Positions 11,847 to 24,500 of a DNA stretch of 64,000 nt are shown here, in pieces. The notes under the pieces were generated by a model. The model had not been told where the DNA came from, ran no database searches, and saw only the letters and a program-made list of their open reading frames with translations. The number at the start of each line of letters is the position of its first letter. Within the stretch, counting starts at the first letter, position 1. The position numbers and the translations under genes were made by a program. Origin of the DNA: Macrostomum lignano (lineage: Eukaryota); NCBI GenBank assembly GCA_002269645.1, contig NIVC01000830.1:11572-75571 (forward strand). Reading direction: 5' to 3'.

Positions 11847-12840
11847 GGGAGGGCTGATTAAGCGCGCCAGGAATAAGCGCGCACGTGTATTTTTTGCACA
11901 CGTCGGAATAAGCGCGCCAGGGAACAAGCGCGCACGGAAAAATGTTGGAATAAGCGCGCTGCGATATATCAAAATACTGTAATAAGCGCGCATCCATATT
12001 CCTAGGTACAGGAAAGAGCGCGCAACGTTTTTTAAAAGTCCTGGAATAAGCGCGCACAGATTTACAACAGAACTAAGATTAAAGTCGAATTTAAACTATG
12101 TATTTAAGACGAAGCAAGGTTAAAGTTAAAATTGCTAAAAGCTAAAAGCTGAGCTAAAAGTTGAAACTGCAGCTGAGAAGTTCGCTAAAATTAAAAATGG
12201 AGCTGCTTAATAAAACCATTGGTTGTAGAGGTGGAGCTGCTGATACGAGACAGGCTGAGAGTCCAGAGCCGGCTGGAGCTGCTGATACGAGACAGGCTGA
12301 GAGTCCAGAGCCAGCTGAAGCTGCTGATACGAGACAGGCTGAGAGTCCAGAGCCGGCTGGAGCTGCTGATACGAGACAGGCTGAGAGTCCAGAGCCAGCT
12401 GGAGCTGCTGATACGAGACAGGCTGAGAGTCCAGAGCCAGCTGGAGCTGCTGATACGAGACAGGCTGAGAGTCCAGAGCCAGCTGGAGCTGCTGATACGA
12501 GACAGGCTGAGAGTCCAGAGCCAGCTGGAGCTGCTGATACGAGACAGGCTGAGAGTCCAGAGCCGGCTGGAGCTGCTGATACGAGACAGGCTGAGAGTTC
12601 AGAGCCGGCTGGTCGGCTTGCCGTTTTGTTGCCATCATTTGGTCAGCCATTCCGAAAGCGGGTAAAATTTTGGCGCGCTTGTTCCAAGTCATGGCGCTTT
12701 GCGCGCTTTTTCCTGTATCGATCAAAAATACTGCGCGCTTATTCCGGTCTGTGGAAAGTAAACTGCGCGCTTATTCCGAACCATGTAAAATATGTGCGAA
12801 AATGCGCGCTTGTTCCTGGCGCGCTTAATCTAGCTACCCC
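11847..12840. mobile_element. Non-autonomous TIR element with subterminal GGAATAAGCGCGC motif arrays and an internal 42-bp tandem array
   Basis: The ends share gattaagcgcgccaggaa(t/c)aagcgcgca in inverted orientation. There are 8 motif copies in the left arm and 6 inverted copies in the right arm. Nine copies of a 42-bp unit lie at 12236-12613. Confidence 0.75.
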
Positions 12841-14032
12841 GTCCCGAACACTCCTAGCTAGTATGCATGTAATGAACTATAATATGTATTGAAATGAAAT
12901 TATCCCTGTAATGATACGATCAATGTTCTCAGCTACAATGCAAGCTAGCAATTTAATTAATTTTTGCACGCGAACAAAGCACAAAGCGCGTATTTGGCGT
13001 CTGAGAGACATAGCAATTCTGTCAGTCAGCCATCCTGTCCGGCTTTCAGGCCCCATCATCGATAGCAGCTAGCGCTATCACGAGCGTATCTTATATATTC
13101 GTTCTTGCGAGTGTGTGGTCTGAGGATCAATAATTAGAAGCATCTCAAGACGCTATAATGAAGAAGAGAAGACAGCCGAGTAGAAAGAGTAGGAAAGTGA
13201 GACTCCCCCCTAGGGGAAAGCGCCTAAAAAGTGGATCAGATAACTTAGGACGTTGTCGCTTGGTTGGCCTCCTGGCCCGCCATAATAATGTTTTCATGAT
13301 CAGTAATTAGAATCGCCGCGAGCAAAACAGCTCAGGTTAAAAAGAGAGAAATCCTCGAGTCAGTCTAGCGCTGTGAACGGTCCTTCAATCAGTCTAGCAG
13401 CCCCCACCCTCCGCCACACCAGAGCGGTTTAAAGAGGCTTAATTATAAACGGCACTGCTTTTTGTCTCTTTGAAGTGTCGGTTGTATTTTTACTTTGAAG
13501 GCAAAAAGTCTTATTATTATTCGCGACTGAGCGAGCCGCCCCCCCCCCCCCAGGGACTGGATCTGCCGCCCCCATCTTCCATCCGGGATGAAGCGCGTTT
13601 GAGCTTCATTTGAGATTGACCTTCTCTCCTTTCCGCTTCGCTTTCAGTTGAAGCCTATTGGGATGCAAATTTCTATTGTGCCGGTTCCAATTGACCAGTC
13701 AGGCTGCTAGCGGGGGCGGTCTGGCCAAACTGAATTAAAGAACAACTTGTACTAAAATAATTTGCAAGCCCGCTGATAGGAGAGCATGGGCAGGCTTGAA
13801 TTGTACAATGTGACACAGATGGCAATGTAAATAGGAAATTTCTGCTATTTCCCAGGAGAAGGGGAGGGAAGAATGCTCTACATCGCACGCAAGATGCTCG
13901 CGCCTCAACGCCTGCTGAGACTCGCATGCGCTTGGCAAAGCTAATTAGGCTGCCAGAAAAATTTAAATTCACAAGAAAAACGGGCATTTGCTTTTAAAAG
14001 AAATTAATCGATTAGGATTAAAAGACAGTGCT

Positions 14033-15445
14033 TTGAGACAGGGAGATAAGAGAGGTAGACACAGGGAGATAAGAGAGGCAGAGACCGGGAGATAAGAGAG
14101 GTAGAGGCAGGGAGATAAGAGAGGTAAAGACCGGGAGATAAGAGAGGTAGAGGCAGGGAGATACTGTAGGTAGAGACAGCTGGAGATAAGAGAGGTAAAG
14201 ACAGGGAGATAAGAGAGGTAGAGACCGGGAGATAAGAGAGGTAGAGGCAGGGAGATAAGAGAGGTAGAGACAGGGAGATAAGAGAGGTAGAGACAGGGAG
14301 ATGAATGAGGTAGAGATCGGGAGATAAGAGAGGTATAGGCAGGGAGATAAGAGAGGTAGAGACAGGGAGATAAGAGAGGTAGAGACCGGGAGATAAGAGA
14401 GGTGGAGGCAGGGAGATAAGCGAGATAGAGACAGGAAGATAAGAGAGGTAGAGCAGGGAGATAAGAGAGGTAGAGACAGGGAGATAAGAGAGGTAGAGAC
14501 AGGGAGATAAGAGAGGTAGAGACAGGGAGATAAGAGAGGTAGAGGCAGGGAGATACTGTAGGTAGAGACAGCTGGAGATAAGAGAGGTAAAGACAGGGAG
14601 ATAAGAGAGGTAGAGACCGGGAGATAAGAGAGGTAGAGGCAGGGAGATAAGAGAGGTAGAGACAGGGAGATAAGAGAGGTAGAGACAGGGAGATGAATGA
14701 GGTAGAGATCGGGAGATAAGAGAGGTATAGGCAGGGAGATAAGAGAGGTAGAGACAGGGAGATAAGAGAGGTAGAGACCGGGAGATAAGAGAGGTGGAGG
14801 CAGGGAGATAAGCGAGATAGAGACAGGAAGATAAGAGAGGTAGAGCAGGGAGATAAGAGAGGTAGAGACAGGGAGATAAGAGAGGTAGAGACAGGGAGAT
14901 AAGAGAGGTAGAGACAGGGAGATAAGAGGGGTAGAGACAGGGAGATAAGAGAGGTAGAGACAGGGAGATAAGAGAGGTAGAGACAGGGAGATAAGAGAGG
15001 TAGAGACCGGGAGATAAGAGAGGTGGAGGCAGGGAGATAAGCGAGATAGAGACAGGAAGATAAGAGAGGTAGAGCAGGGAGATAAGAGAGGTAGAGACAG
15101 GGAGATAAGAGAGGTAGAGACAGGGAGATAAGAGAGGTAGAGACAGGGAGATAAGAGGGGTAGAGACAGGGAGATAAGAGAGGTAGAGACAGGGAGATAA
15201 GAGAGGTAGAGACAGGGAGATAAGAGAGGTAGAGACCGGGAGATAAGAGAGGTGGAGGCAGGGAGATAAGCGAGATAGAGACAGGAAGATAAGAGAGGTA
15301 GAGACAGGGAGATAAGAGAGGTAGAGACCGGGAGATAAGAGAGGTGGAGGCAGGGAGATAAGCGAGATAGAGACAGGAAGATAAGAGAGGTAGAGCAGGG
15401 AGATAAGAGAGGTAGAGACAGGGAGATAAGCGATATAGAGGCTAG
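14033..15445. repeat. 23-bp purine-rich minisatellite (gggagataagagaggtagagaca) with a 392-bp higher-order duplication
   Basis: About 60 copies. Variant units atactgtagg (14161, 14553) and atgaatga (14301, 14693) both recur at a 392-bp offset. Confidence 0.95.
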
Positions 15446-15573
15446 AGCTCATACTAACAGACTGGGAGAGGTACGCATAGAGGCGGACAATTTACTGTTC
15501 TGAAACTTTGCGCAATCACAGAGCTGGAATCAAGTGTTTCAATGTATCAGAATGAGTAAACAAGACTCTACTC

Positions 15574-15810
15574 CAAGGGTCGGCAAACTCTCCGGCAAGC
15601 GAAGCCTCTTTATCGGCGAAGCCTTTGAAACTTAATAATCGTGTAGTAGTCCGGCTATGGTCTCTTCTCAGCTCTTTCTCTCCCCTCTCTCCCATCTCAT
15701 ATAATCTACCAGTGTATTTTCTCGTCTTTCTTTTCTCATCCGTAGCCATGGGCATCGGCTGAATTCTTTATCTTGCCCTCCGAGGTGAAAAAAAAGATTT
15801 TCGACCCCTG
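15574..15810. mobile_element. hAT (Charlie-like) MITE
   Basis: Ends caagggtcggcaaa...tttcgacccctg, flanked by 8-bp repeats ctctactc and ctctaatc (7/8 identical). Confidence 0.8.
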
Positions 15811-16444
15811 CTCTAATCACTCACGATGTTAAGCCAGGGATATACTAAGGAAGTCATTGAAACCATATAAGCCTAAACGCATTCAGTTAACTAGATTATT
15901 CACACACGAATAAGCAGTTATAAGCGCTTGACTAGCTCGTGAAAAAAATAGATCGATCAAAGCCAGCCAAAGAACGAAAAAAGTACATTTCGATGTGGCT
16001 TCAATTTTTCGGCATTCATTTGTTAAACCAAGTAAACCGGTTTGCTGCGTTTTGTTCGATCCCAACAAGCTGGAGGCCAGCGGGAGAACTTGGCCAAGGC
16101 GTCGGCTTCGCCCTAATCAGATATGCGCACGATAAAAGCAGAGACCGCATCGGCGTTCGCTCCACTTATTACCGCTCCAAGTGCGGGCCTAGAGAGAGCC
16201 GAGCTGGGCTCACACAATTTTTCTTCATTTGCCGTGCATTACTTCGATTCTACAATGCAGAGACCTCTGGCCAGTTAATTCCGTAGTGCTAAGCTACCCA
16301 AATTGATTGGCTGCATGGGCTCCTCCCTGATCGCGTATTGGCTAATATAATCAGGGGCTGCTCCAACTGAAATACGACCGAATTTTATTATATCCACTCA
16401 AGAAAGTGGAGCTCTGTTTTAGCCTCGATAATCGCATCACTGTC

Positions 16445-17488
16445 ATGGAAGCTGCTCGGGAATTCGCGCATAGCAACGCCTCTTCCATCCTGCCAGTCGC
16501 GGTGCACCCGCTGGAGCCGCTCACCTACATTCCGCTGTCGGCCGTGAACGCCACCTGCTCAATCGTAGCGCTGGTCTTCTTCACCAGAGCCAGCGCCCCG
16601 GTGCACCCGGTGCTGCGCCGGCTCCTCGCCGCCATGTCGGCCTTTGAGGCCCTGTTCCACGGCTCCGTCATCACCTTCTACGCCCGGCACCTGGCTCAGT
16701 CTTCGCAGCAGGGCGTCGGGCCCACCGCGCTCTCCGTGCTGCTGCGGTTCTCCCTTACCATGCGGAACTGGACAATGGGCTTCATCTCGTGGTCTCGCGT
16801 CGAGGCCGTCTGCTGTCCGCTGGCCGTCCGCTCCGACTCGGCATTCAAGCCGACTCACCTGGTTGCCATGGAGACGGCAGCCGGCACGGTGGCGCTCTGT
16901 CTCAGCATCCTGATGGTGCTGGCGCAGGAGTCGGCAGCTCAGCAGGCGCCGATGCGACATGAGCACATTGTGGAGATCGTCTTCTACACCTACCAAGGCA
17001 TCCTGCCCATCGTCTCAGTGTTCACCGCCACCTGCCTGACCGTCTGCGCCCTGCGCAAAGCGGCCACCGCTCGACCGCAGGCCAACTTGGACAACACCGC
17101 CATCTTACCGGCATCGGCGCCGACCAAAGGCGACTCAAATAATCGACGCCGGAGCCAGATGCATCGCCACGAGAAGCAGGCCGTGCGCCTTGTCGTGGCC
17201 CTGTCGGTCACCTGCCTCCTGCTGGAAAGTCCGACAGACGTGTGCGGCTTTGTACGAAGCAAGACTCCGGTGACAGAGCTCGTAGTGAACACCCTGGTTG
17301 AGCTGGACTCGCTGTTCAACTTCGGGCTGCTGGCCTGCACCACCGGCCTCGCTGCTGTCCGGCAGCATCGCAGTAAACGGCGGCGCCAGTCGGCGGCTCC
17401 AGCCGAAACGGTCTTCGTTGCCCATGGCAACCACAGAAGCGAGAAAAAGCAATCCTGGGCTTACATTGTTCACGAGACAACAGTATAG
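16445..17488 (+). CDS. Intronless rhodopsin-class (peptide-receptor-like) orphan GPCR, 347 aa
   Basis: Seven hydrophobic segments. TM3 ends SWSRVEAVCCPL (equivalent to the ERY.AV..P motif), TM5 contains GILP, TM6 reads EKQAVRLVVAL...ESP and TM7 reads LDSLFNF. ATG in gtcATGg at 16445; the ORF track start at 16406 is a GTG. Confidence 0.8.
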   Translation: MEAAREFAHSNASSILPVAVHPLEPLTYIPLSAVNATCSIVALVFFTRASAPVHPVLRRLLAAMSAFEALFHGSVITFYARHLAQSSQQGVGPTALSVLLRFSLTMRNWTMGFISWSRVEAVCCPLAVRSDSAFKPTHLVAMETAAGTVALCLSILMVLAQESAAQQAPMRHEHIVEIVFYTYQGILPIVSVFTATCLTVCALRKAATARPQANLDNTAILPASAPTKGDSNNRRRSQMHRHEKQAVRLVVALSVTCLLLESPTDVCGFVRSKTPVTELVVNTLVELDSLFNFGLLACTTGLAAVRQHRSKRRRQSAAPAETVFVAHGNHRSEKKQSWAYIVHETTV

Positions 17489-19130
17489 GGGACAATGACA
17501 GTTCCTTGATTAGTAGATCCACTGGACGAATGCCAATAATTCGTTAATATCAAATTTAATCATATCGAAAAGAATCGAAAAGCAAATATTGTTTCTAATT
17601 TTTATATCGTATCAACTGCACCTACAGATGGTTGCACCTACGATTGTGAAACGTGTGCACGCAGTTGTACGTATTCGTCGCGCATTTGATTGAACGAAGT
17701 TCTACGAGTATAATCATATTTTCTGCGTTCTGTTCTGTTCTGACGTTTTTTGAAAAATATGCTTCAAGAAAGCGCCGAGTTTCTTCTAATAAAGCAAGTA
17801 AAGTCAGTCGCGCTTATAAATTCAAAGTGGACTCCCATCGGCAATTGTGGATTAAAGGAAGTCTACAAAGCGCAAGTATTTCGCCAGCAAGAAGCCAAAC
17901 GAAAGGATTTTACCCCAAGATTTTCTAGAACCACTATCTGAAATCTTTTCATTCTCGAATAAATATTTAAATTAGGAAATTTCTAAGCCAGCGGTTCTTT
18001 GCTATCATACATGCATAAATATTTGCATGAGGGCTACAAGCACCCTGGTGCAATGGCTTCGGTAACATCGTCCCGCAACAAGCTCTGACTCCTGAGCACA
18101 CGAACTTTCCCACCTACATGTACAGTCTTGGTTACCCTGCTGGAAGCTATACCTGCCGAAATATTTCAGTACGGGTACAAAACTAATTTAAACAGAATTC
18201 CAATTTTACTAAGATTATCAAAGATTTAAGTTACCTCGAATCTTACAAAAACTTAAGCATGAGAATTATTAAGAAACACCTCTGCGATTATAATCTATGA
18301 TTATGAACATATCTTGCAAGATTCTTCTAACTACCGAAGTAGCCATAGATTGCACTTCGGGCTGCATTATGTAATGTACTTAGCGGTAAAAAAATAAAAT
18401 CGTGCGGCTAGTACCCAGCGCTTTATAATAAATGTACCTGGTACGAGTATAACTTTTTAAGCCTTTTGTGCACCGAGTCAACAGACACACTTTAGAAGAT
18501 TTTTGACGGCAATCTCTGTGTCCAGCGAAAAAGTATCTTTAACCCCCCCCTCTGGAGACAGAACTATCCCCACTTCCCCACTCTCGTCGCTTCCTGGTGC
18601 GATATTATATATTGAAGGCTTTTATAATTATCCAATTCTAGGAGAAGCAGGTGCGCTTCTTCTTCAAACTGTGCGCGTCTAAAAAGCGTCACTCTGCCAG
18701 ATGGCTAAAACATCAGAGAGGTGCCAGGTGCGCAAGCCACAGCAATTATACCTGGTAGGTGCATAAAGAATAGCATTTATCGCGGTGCTCGTATTGTACT
18801 TGTCTTTAAGGAGCATAATTTCGACGCTGCATACGGTTGCATTTACTTCGCTTTAATTGCGCAGGCAATTTGGCTTCTTGTCCCTATACTGCCGATTCAC
18901 TATTCATCTGGCAGCAAATACTGCCGCAGACCGGTTTTCGCAACATTGCAATATTGTGTCCATCACCCCTTTGAGTAATTCAGTGCGTTGAACGCATCGA
19001 GGGGAGAAGCGCTCGCATACTTTGTTCTTGCCTGTATGTTGGTGGCGGGCGATGGGTGTGGGTGGTGAGTCGCGCCGGCCCCCTCTGTTTGTCTCACGAT
19101 TCCGACTGAGCAGCCGGTATTGCAACAAGC

Positions 19131-19190
19131 TTTACAGTGTGACGATAAGCGTTACAGTGTGACGGAAAGCATTACAGTGTGACGACAAGC
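19131..19190. repeat. Three copies of a 20-bp unit (ttacagtgtgacgNNaagcR)
   Basis: Seen directly. Confidence 0.85.
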
Positions 19191-19289
19191 ACTACCCTAA
19201 GGTCTTTGAAACTTCCCAATAGCAATCCGGCGCGCTCAATGTTTGTGTTCTCTTCAGCTCTCTGAAGGATGGAACAAAAGAAGCAAAAG

Positions 19290-19620
19290 AACTAGGCATG
19301 GCTCTCCTTTGTGGTGCTCCTCGCTAGTACAAACGCTACGCTGACGATTACGCTCGCTATTTTCGAAGGCGAAACTCAGGACGAGTTTGTCAACATCGCC
19401 AGCTCTACCTGTAAAAATATCAAATTCGCCGTTGAAGGAAGATGTAAAAATTCCCCTCTCTTGACACTGATGTTGGCATACCACCGTGTTTAGAAATCCT
19501 ACGGTTTCACAAGCCCTATGCTGAGATTTGAACTCTGGTAGCAGGCAGTAGAATATATGATCTGGTTGGTTGCTTTCTCCACAGAGCCTTTTCCATTTGC
19601 AGGATCTTAAAAGTTCTTTC
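19290..19620 (+). pseudogene. Frameshifted Penelope-like reverse transcriptase fragment
   Basis: KRYADD at 19331-19348. Shifted frames then give EFVNIASSTCKNIKFAVE, EDVKIP and FRNPT, in the order expected for Penelope RT (RYVDD...N....IKFT.E.E...PFLD...YRKPT). Confidence 0.65.
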
Positions 19621-20757
19621 ACATTAAGGTCCAACATGTGACTAGGTGGCTTAGTTAAGTAGGCTTAATTTGCACTTCTTAGAAAACGGTATTTAAATTT
19701 TACGAATAATAAATTTATTTATTATCCCATAATTTCGTTTTAAACAGTAAGGGCATTTCTTAGTATAAATAGAAGCAGCCTGCAAGCCAAATAAAATAAA
19801 ACTCTTTCGATCCTGGTTTCTTCTCACGCTCAATTGAGTTCTTGGTACCTCTGTAACTATCATATTTGGAGACGAAATTGATAATCAGCCTCAGGGCTAG
19901 TGCTTTATACTTCCGTGTTAATCATTTGAGTAGTAAGTGAGAACATAGGAATAGCCCCAAAGATTGGGAGAATAAACCGTTCAGAACGAGACCTCCAGAT
20001 TCAGAATCTAAGGAACCCGCCTCAGGGCAGAATATCTATCAGAGTGTAATCTGTGACCCTCTGATCCATCAATAAGAGCAAACATGGAATAAGATAAGTA
20101 CAGTGCCATAAAGACCACTCAGGCCAATAATACATTATACGCTACTGACTTTACCTGATACGCTACCAGTACATAGTACAGTGTTAAAAAGTACATCAAG
20201 ATATCACATTAGAAGATAACCCTACGTAAAAATTGGTGAGAACAGCTGAGATTAGGTCAGCCCTGTAACAACTTGGGGTCAGCTTTTGGGAGAGAAGTTA
20301 ACCCCTTTCAAATTAGTTTACATGGCTACCCAGGAACCCATGGAGCCATTTTATCGTCAACAGATTTCGCTGCAAAAGGCGAAGTAACCCCCTCAGATTG
20401 AAATAGTTGTTATATTGTTCTGTTATGAAATAATGTCAATTTCATATATTAGCTGTGATAGCCATACTGTACGAAATGTTGATACGTATCGTTTTTTTCT
20501 TGCAATAACACGTTAGTAAGCGCATATTCATATCTAGAAAAAAGAGAAACAGCAGCATTCCCGATATTATCAGGTGAACTCAGCTCCGGGCATTTTTATC
20601 CGTTATTTTTATCTTACTGTTCCCTCTTTCGTGATGTGAGCACGTGCTTTATACCTCGTTTATTTGTTTACAACCTCATTTGAAATGTATTCTTACGATA
20701 GCACTATAGTTTGACCATATATAGGGACCAAAGCACGCAGAAAATCTTTATGACAGT

Positions 20758-21495
20758 CACCTCTGAGCACACTGGGAATCTTGATGACAGACACCTCTGA
20801 GCACACTGGGAATGCTTGATGGCAGACACTTCTAATCACACTGGGAATCTTGATGGCAGAGACCTCTGAGCACACTGGGAATGCTTGATGACAGACACCT
20901 CTGAGCACACTGGGAATCTTGATGGCATAGACCTCTGAGCACACTGGGAATGCTTGATGGCAGACACTTCTAATCACACTGGGAATCTTGATGGCAGAGA
21001 CCTCTGAGCACACTGGGAATGCTTGATGACAGACACCTCTGAGCACACTGGGAATCTTGATGAAAGAGACCTCTGAGTACACTGGGAATCTTGATGACAG
21101 ACACCTCTGAGCACACTGGGAATGCTTGATGACAGACACCTCTGAGCACACTGGGAATGCTTGATGACAGACACCTCTGAGCACACTGGGAATGCTTGAT
21201 GGCAGACCTCTGAGCACACTGGGAATCTTGATGACAGAGACCTCTGAGCACACTGGGAATCTTGATGGCATAGACCTCTGAGCACACTGAGAATCTTGAT
21301 GGCAGAGACCTCTGAGCACACTGGGAATCTTGATGACGGAGACCTCTAAGCACACTGGGAATCTTGATGACGGAGACCTCTAAGCACACTGGGAATCTTG
21401 ATGACGGAAACCTCTAAGCACACTGGGAATCTTGATGACAGAGACCTCTAAGCACACTGGGAATCTTGATGGCAGAGACCTCTGAGCACACTGGC
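20758..21495. repeat. 34-35-bp minisatellite (acctctgagcacactgggaatcttgatgacagag)
   Basis: About 21 tandem copies. Confidence 0.95.
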
Positions 21496-22011
21496 CAGTC
21501 GCCAATGCTAATTACCAATCAATGCACGGGAACAGAAAAGGACAAATAATCTTATTAAATCCTGTCTAAGAGTATATAACCTCCACTAATCCCGATTAAA
21601 CACAATTTTCTTTCTAGTTGCAACAGCTGGAAATTATTTTCCAAAGATATCGCTTTTTACAATGAACGATTTATGCAGATCTAGATTAAATAGAATACAA
21701 TAAAAAGGAGAGATTAATTACTGTATACACAACGATGCTCAGAAGCAGAAGAAGTAGCCAGCTTTATATTTATTGATTAGACCAAATTTACAAACACACT
21801 CGTACAGTAGAACTGACAGACAAAGTCAAATTTCACCAATCACTCCAGCTATAATTGATTTAGATTGGTTTGCCTATTCTTTACCATGTTGCTCCTGTTA
21901 ATTAAAGTAAAAAGCAAAGTGAAAATCGAACATGAAAAAGACAAATAGTCGGCTTTGACGGGTTTGCTCTTTTGATCACATCTGTCGTGTCTGTCTATCT
22001 GTCCGTCTGTC

Positions 22012-22145
22012 TTGGCTTTATTGTCTATGGCCGAGAGCAGTTCTGTGGCAGTGGCTTTGATTGGCTTTATTGTCTATGGCCGAGATCAGTTCTGTGGCAG
22101 TGGCTTTGATTGGCTTTATTGTCTATGGCCGAGAGCAGTTCTGCA
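22012..22145. repeat. 49-bp tandem repeat, about 2.7 copies
   Basis: ttggctttattgtctatggccgaga starts at 22012, 22061 and 22110. Confidence 0.9.
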
Positions 22146-22478
22146 GAGTGGGGATTCGGGGATTCTATACTTTATCGGCTTAGCTATCAAAGCAGTAGTA
22201 ACTGTCACCCCCCCCCCCCAAGAATCTGATGGTACGAGTACTATGAATTTTATAAGCAAGTCCGAGCAGATACGCTTGCTTATTAACCATCGGTCCATCA
22301 GTTTTGACCAGACCAGACTGTCTGTACTCGAAGTTTTTATGTAAGCAATGAACTGCAAATAGAATAGAACGAGCGGACAGGGCTCAGATTAGCGCTCCAT
22401 CTGATTCCTGCTTTATGGCATATTAAACACTAAAAAAGTACATTAAGTCTCGCAAGTTAATCACTAGTCGGTCAAATT

Positions 22479-23654
22479 TCAATTCTTCTTTGCAGCAGCA
22501 GCAGCGGCAGGCTTCACCCGAACCGAGCCTTTCAACAAATCGCGAATCGACGAAGCCGGACCCGTTGATCTGGCCGAACTGCCAGACGGCCCGGCCGATG
22601 TGGACGACGTTGACGAGGTGGACGGACCAGCTAGGCGAGGTCGTTTAGCACTGAGCATGAGCTCCCTGGCCAGTCTGGCATCCTCGTCCTCCACCTGCTG
22701 CTCCTCGGTAATCCTGCGCGACTCCACATCGCGGATGACCGTGTCCACGATATCGGAGCCGGCGTTGCGCTTGTTGAGCTCTTTAACATCTTGCAGAGTT
22801 TCCAGCATTTCCATTTCGCGTTTAGATTGGCTGGTCCGCTTCTCCAGCTGCTTCATGGGGTCCTTGGCGTCTTCGGCCTCCTCCTCTTCCAGACGCTTGC
22901 GTTCCAGCATTTCGGCGGTGCGGAGGGCCTGTGGTAAATACAAGCTGAATTAAAATAACGACAGAGCATAAACTACACTACTTATAGTAGACTACGCAGC
23001 ATATGACCTTCTTTAATTGGCTAAATGATGTTTCCGTGCCTCTGGTCCTTCCTTCAGTGAGCGATGCTTCTCCCACCCCATCTGGTCCTTCAGTGAGCGA
23101 TGCTTCTCCCACCCCATCTGGTCCTTCAGTGAGCGATGCTCCCACCCCATCTGGTCCATCAGTGAGCGATGCTCCCACCCCATCTGGTCCATCAGTGAGC
23201 GATGCTTCTCCCACCCCATCTGGTCCTTCAGTGGGCGATAATTCTCGACGTTCCATACCATATTTCGCAGTTTAATAAAGCAATGAGCAATGATAGACAA
23301 GAAAGCACAAACCTCAAAATTGCGCTTAGCCCCGTGCTCAATAGTATAGTCTCCATTCTCCAAGTCAGTCTTCCAAGTAATTTCCGAGCAGCAGCCTGGA
23401 CACCGGATGTAGAACCTGTAGATCCTCAGGCCCATGTAGGTCTCGCCCTCGGCTATCTCCATTCTAGAATTGAACTTTCTGGCCTTGTAGATGTACTCGC
23501 CGCACGAGGCGCAGCGCATATTGCACGGGGCCATGGTTCTAATACTGAATGTTTTATTATTGCGACTCTTATTCTTGTCCCGCGGCAGTTTGGGTATCCG
23601 GGACGGGTCATAGTCGGGCGGATAGTACTTATTTAGCACTTTGCGCTCGGTCAT
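22479..23654 (-). CDS. YJU2: Splicing factor YJU2/CCDC94 (CWC16 family), 263 aa, 2 exons (23654-23313, 22928-22479)
   Basis: [22 protein letters not shown]...[22 protein letters not shown]...FYIRCPGC...EHGAKRNFE|ALR...[10 protein letters not shown]...[15 protein letters not shown] matches the well-known YJU2 sequence pattern. Phase-0 GT-AG intron at 23312-22929. Confidence 0.95.
23040..23232. repeat. 36-39-bp minisatellite (5 copies) inside the YJU2 intron
   Basis: cagtgagcgatgct(tct)cccaccccatctggtcc is repeated in tandem. Confidence 0.92.
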
Positions 23655-23949
23655 GGCTTACGAGCTTAGTGGATAGAATAGCAGAAATGAGGGAAGTGCA
23701 GTGTAGTGTTAGTCAAAGAAATTGAACTTTTATTATTTAGTAATTGTTAATGACAGTTTCCTACTGAACATGTTTATTAGTATTTTACCATGCCCATTTT
23801 TCACCTTGCTTTTATGAAGATCTGGATGAGGACCAGGACCAGGATTCTCTAGGATTAGGCTTCAGAAAATAAACCAACAACAATAGCTTTAAATAGCAGG
23901 TCTCCTACTAACTTCAGGGCAAAAATGTCTATAGCACATTTGTCATTGA

Positions 23950-24500
23950 GAAATGTACCCACCTGGCAAGTACTACCATTTTGGCCTGGAGTCAGGACTT
24001 TAGTTTGTCATGTCTAAATGCAAGACATCTAACTGTTTAATCAATTGATTTTGATCTATTTTTGGATAGCATTTGTATGTACAATAGTGATACATTTACT
24101 ATATGGCCTCTACTTGGAAAATTAATAGTATTTATCAGTCTGCATTTATCATAATCCTTTATTGCAGTAAGAGAAGCCAAGGACAAGCAGTGAATTCATG
24201 GTTGATTGTGTGATAGAGCTGTCAAGTTTAACCCAAAATGGCTTTACAAGCAAGAATGGAAACAAGGCACCAAGGCTTTCTAGGGCTACAGTGGATGCAT
24301 GGCAGAAACAATTTAATGCTCATGTCACCTTTTGTGACCTTTTTGCTCTTTTGCAGATTGATTTAGAATTTTGATCTGATGGTTTGTCTGAGCATGTTAT
24401 TTATTAATATGATAATTAATTTTCCTATTGATCCTATGCATTGTTTGTACAATGGAATAGTTCAGAAGTGCTTAAAGTCTCTTAAATATGAGAATATGAG
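23950..24500 (+). pseudogene. Degenerate CACTA/EnSpm transposase relic
   Basis: Fragments in family order: QVLPFWP (about 23967-23987), VIELSSLTQNGF (about 24208-24245) and FPIDPMHCLYNGIVQK (24421-24468), which resembles the lD.MH....Gv.k motif. Interrupted by stops and frameshifts. Confidence 0.5.

Noticed and set aside
11857-12830. CRISPR array (conserved motif with variable spacers)
   Set aside because: The motif is only about 13 bp, spacing is irregular, the two ladders are inverted about a centre with TIRs, no cas genes are present and the context is eukaryotic. It is better explained as transposon subterminal repeats.
23013-23312. YJU2 C-terminus with [11 protein letters not shown] repeats
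   Set aside because: This is read-through into the minisatellite-containing intron. Homology continues in the exon at 22928-22479.
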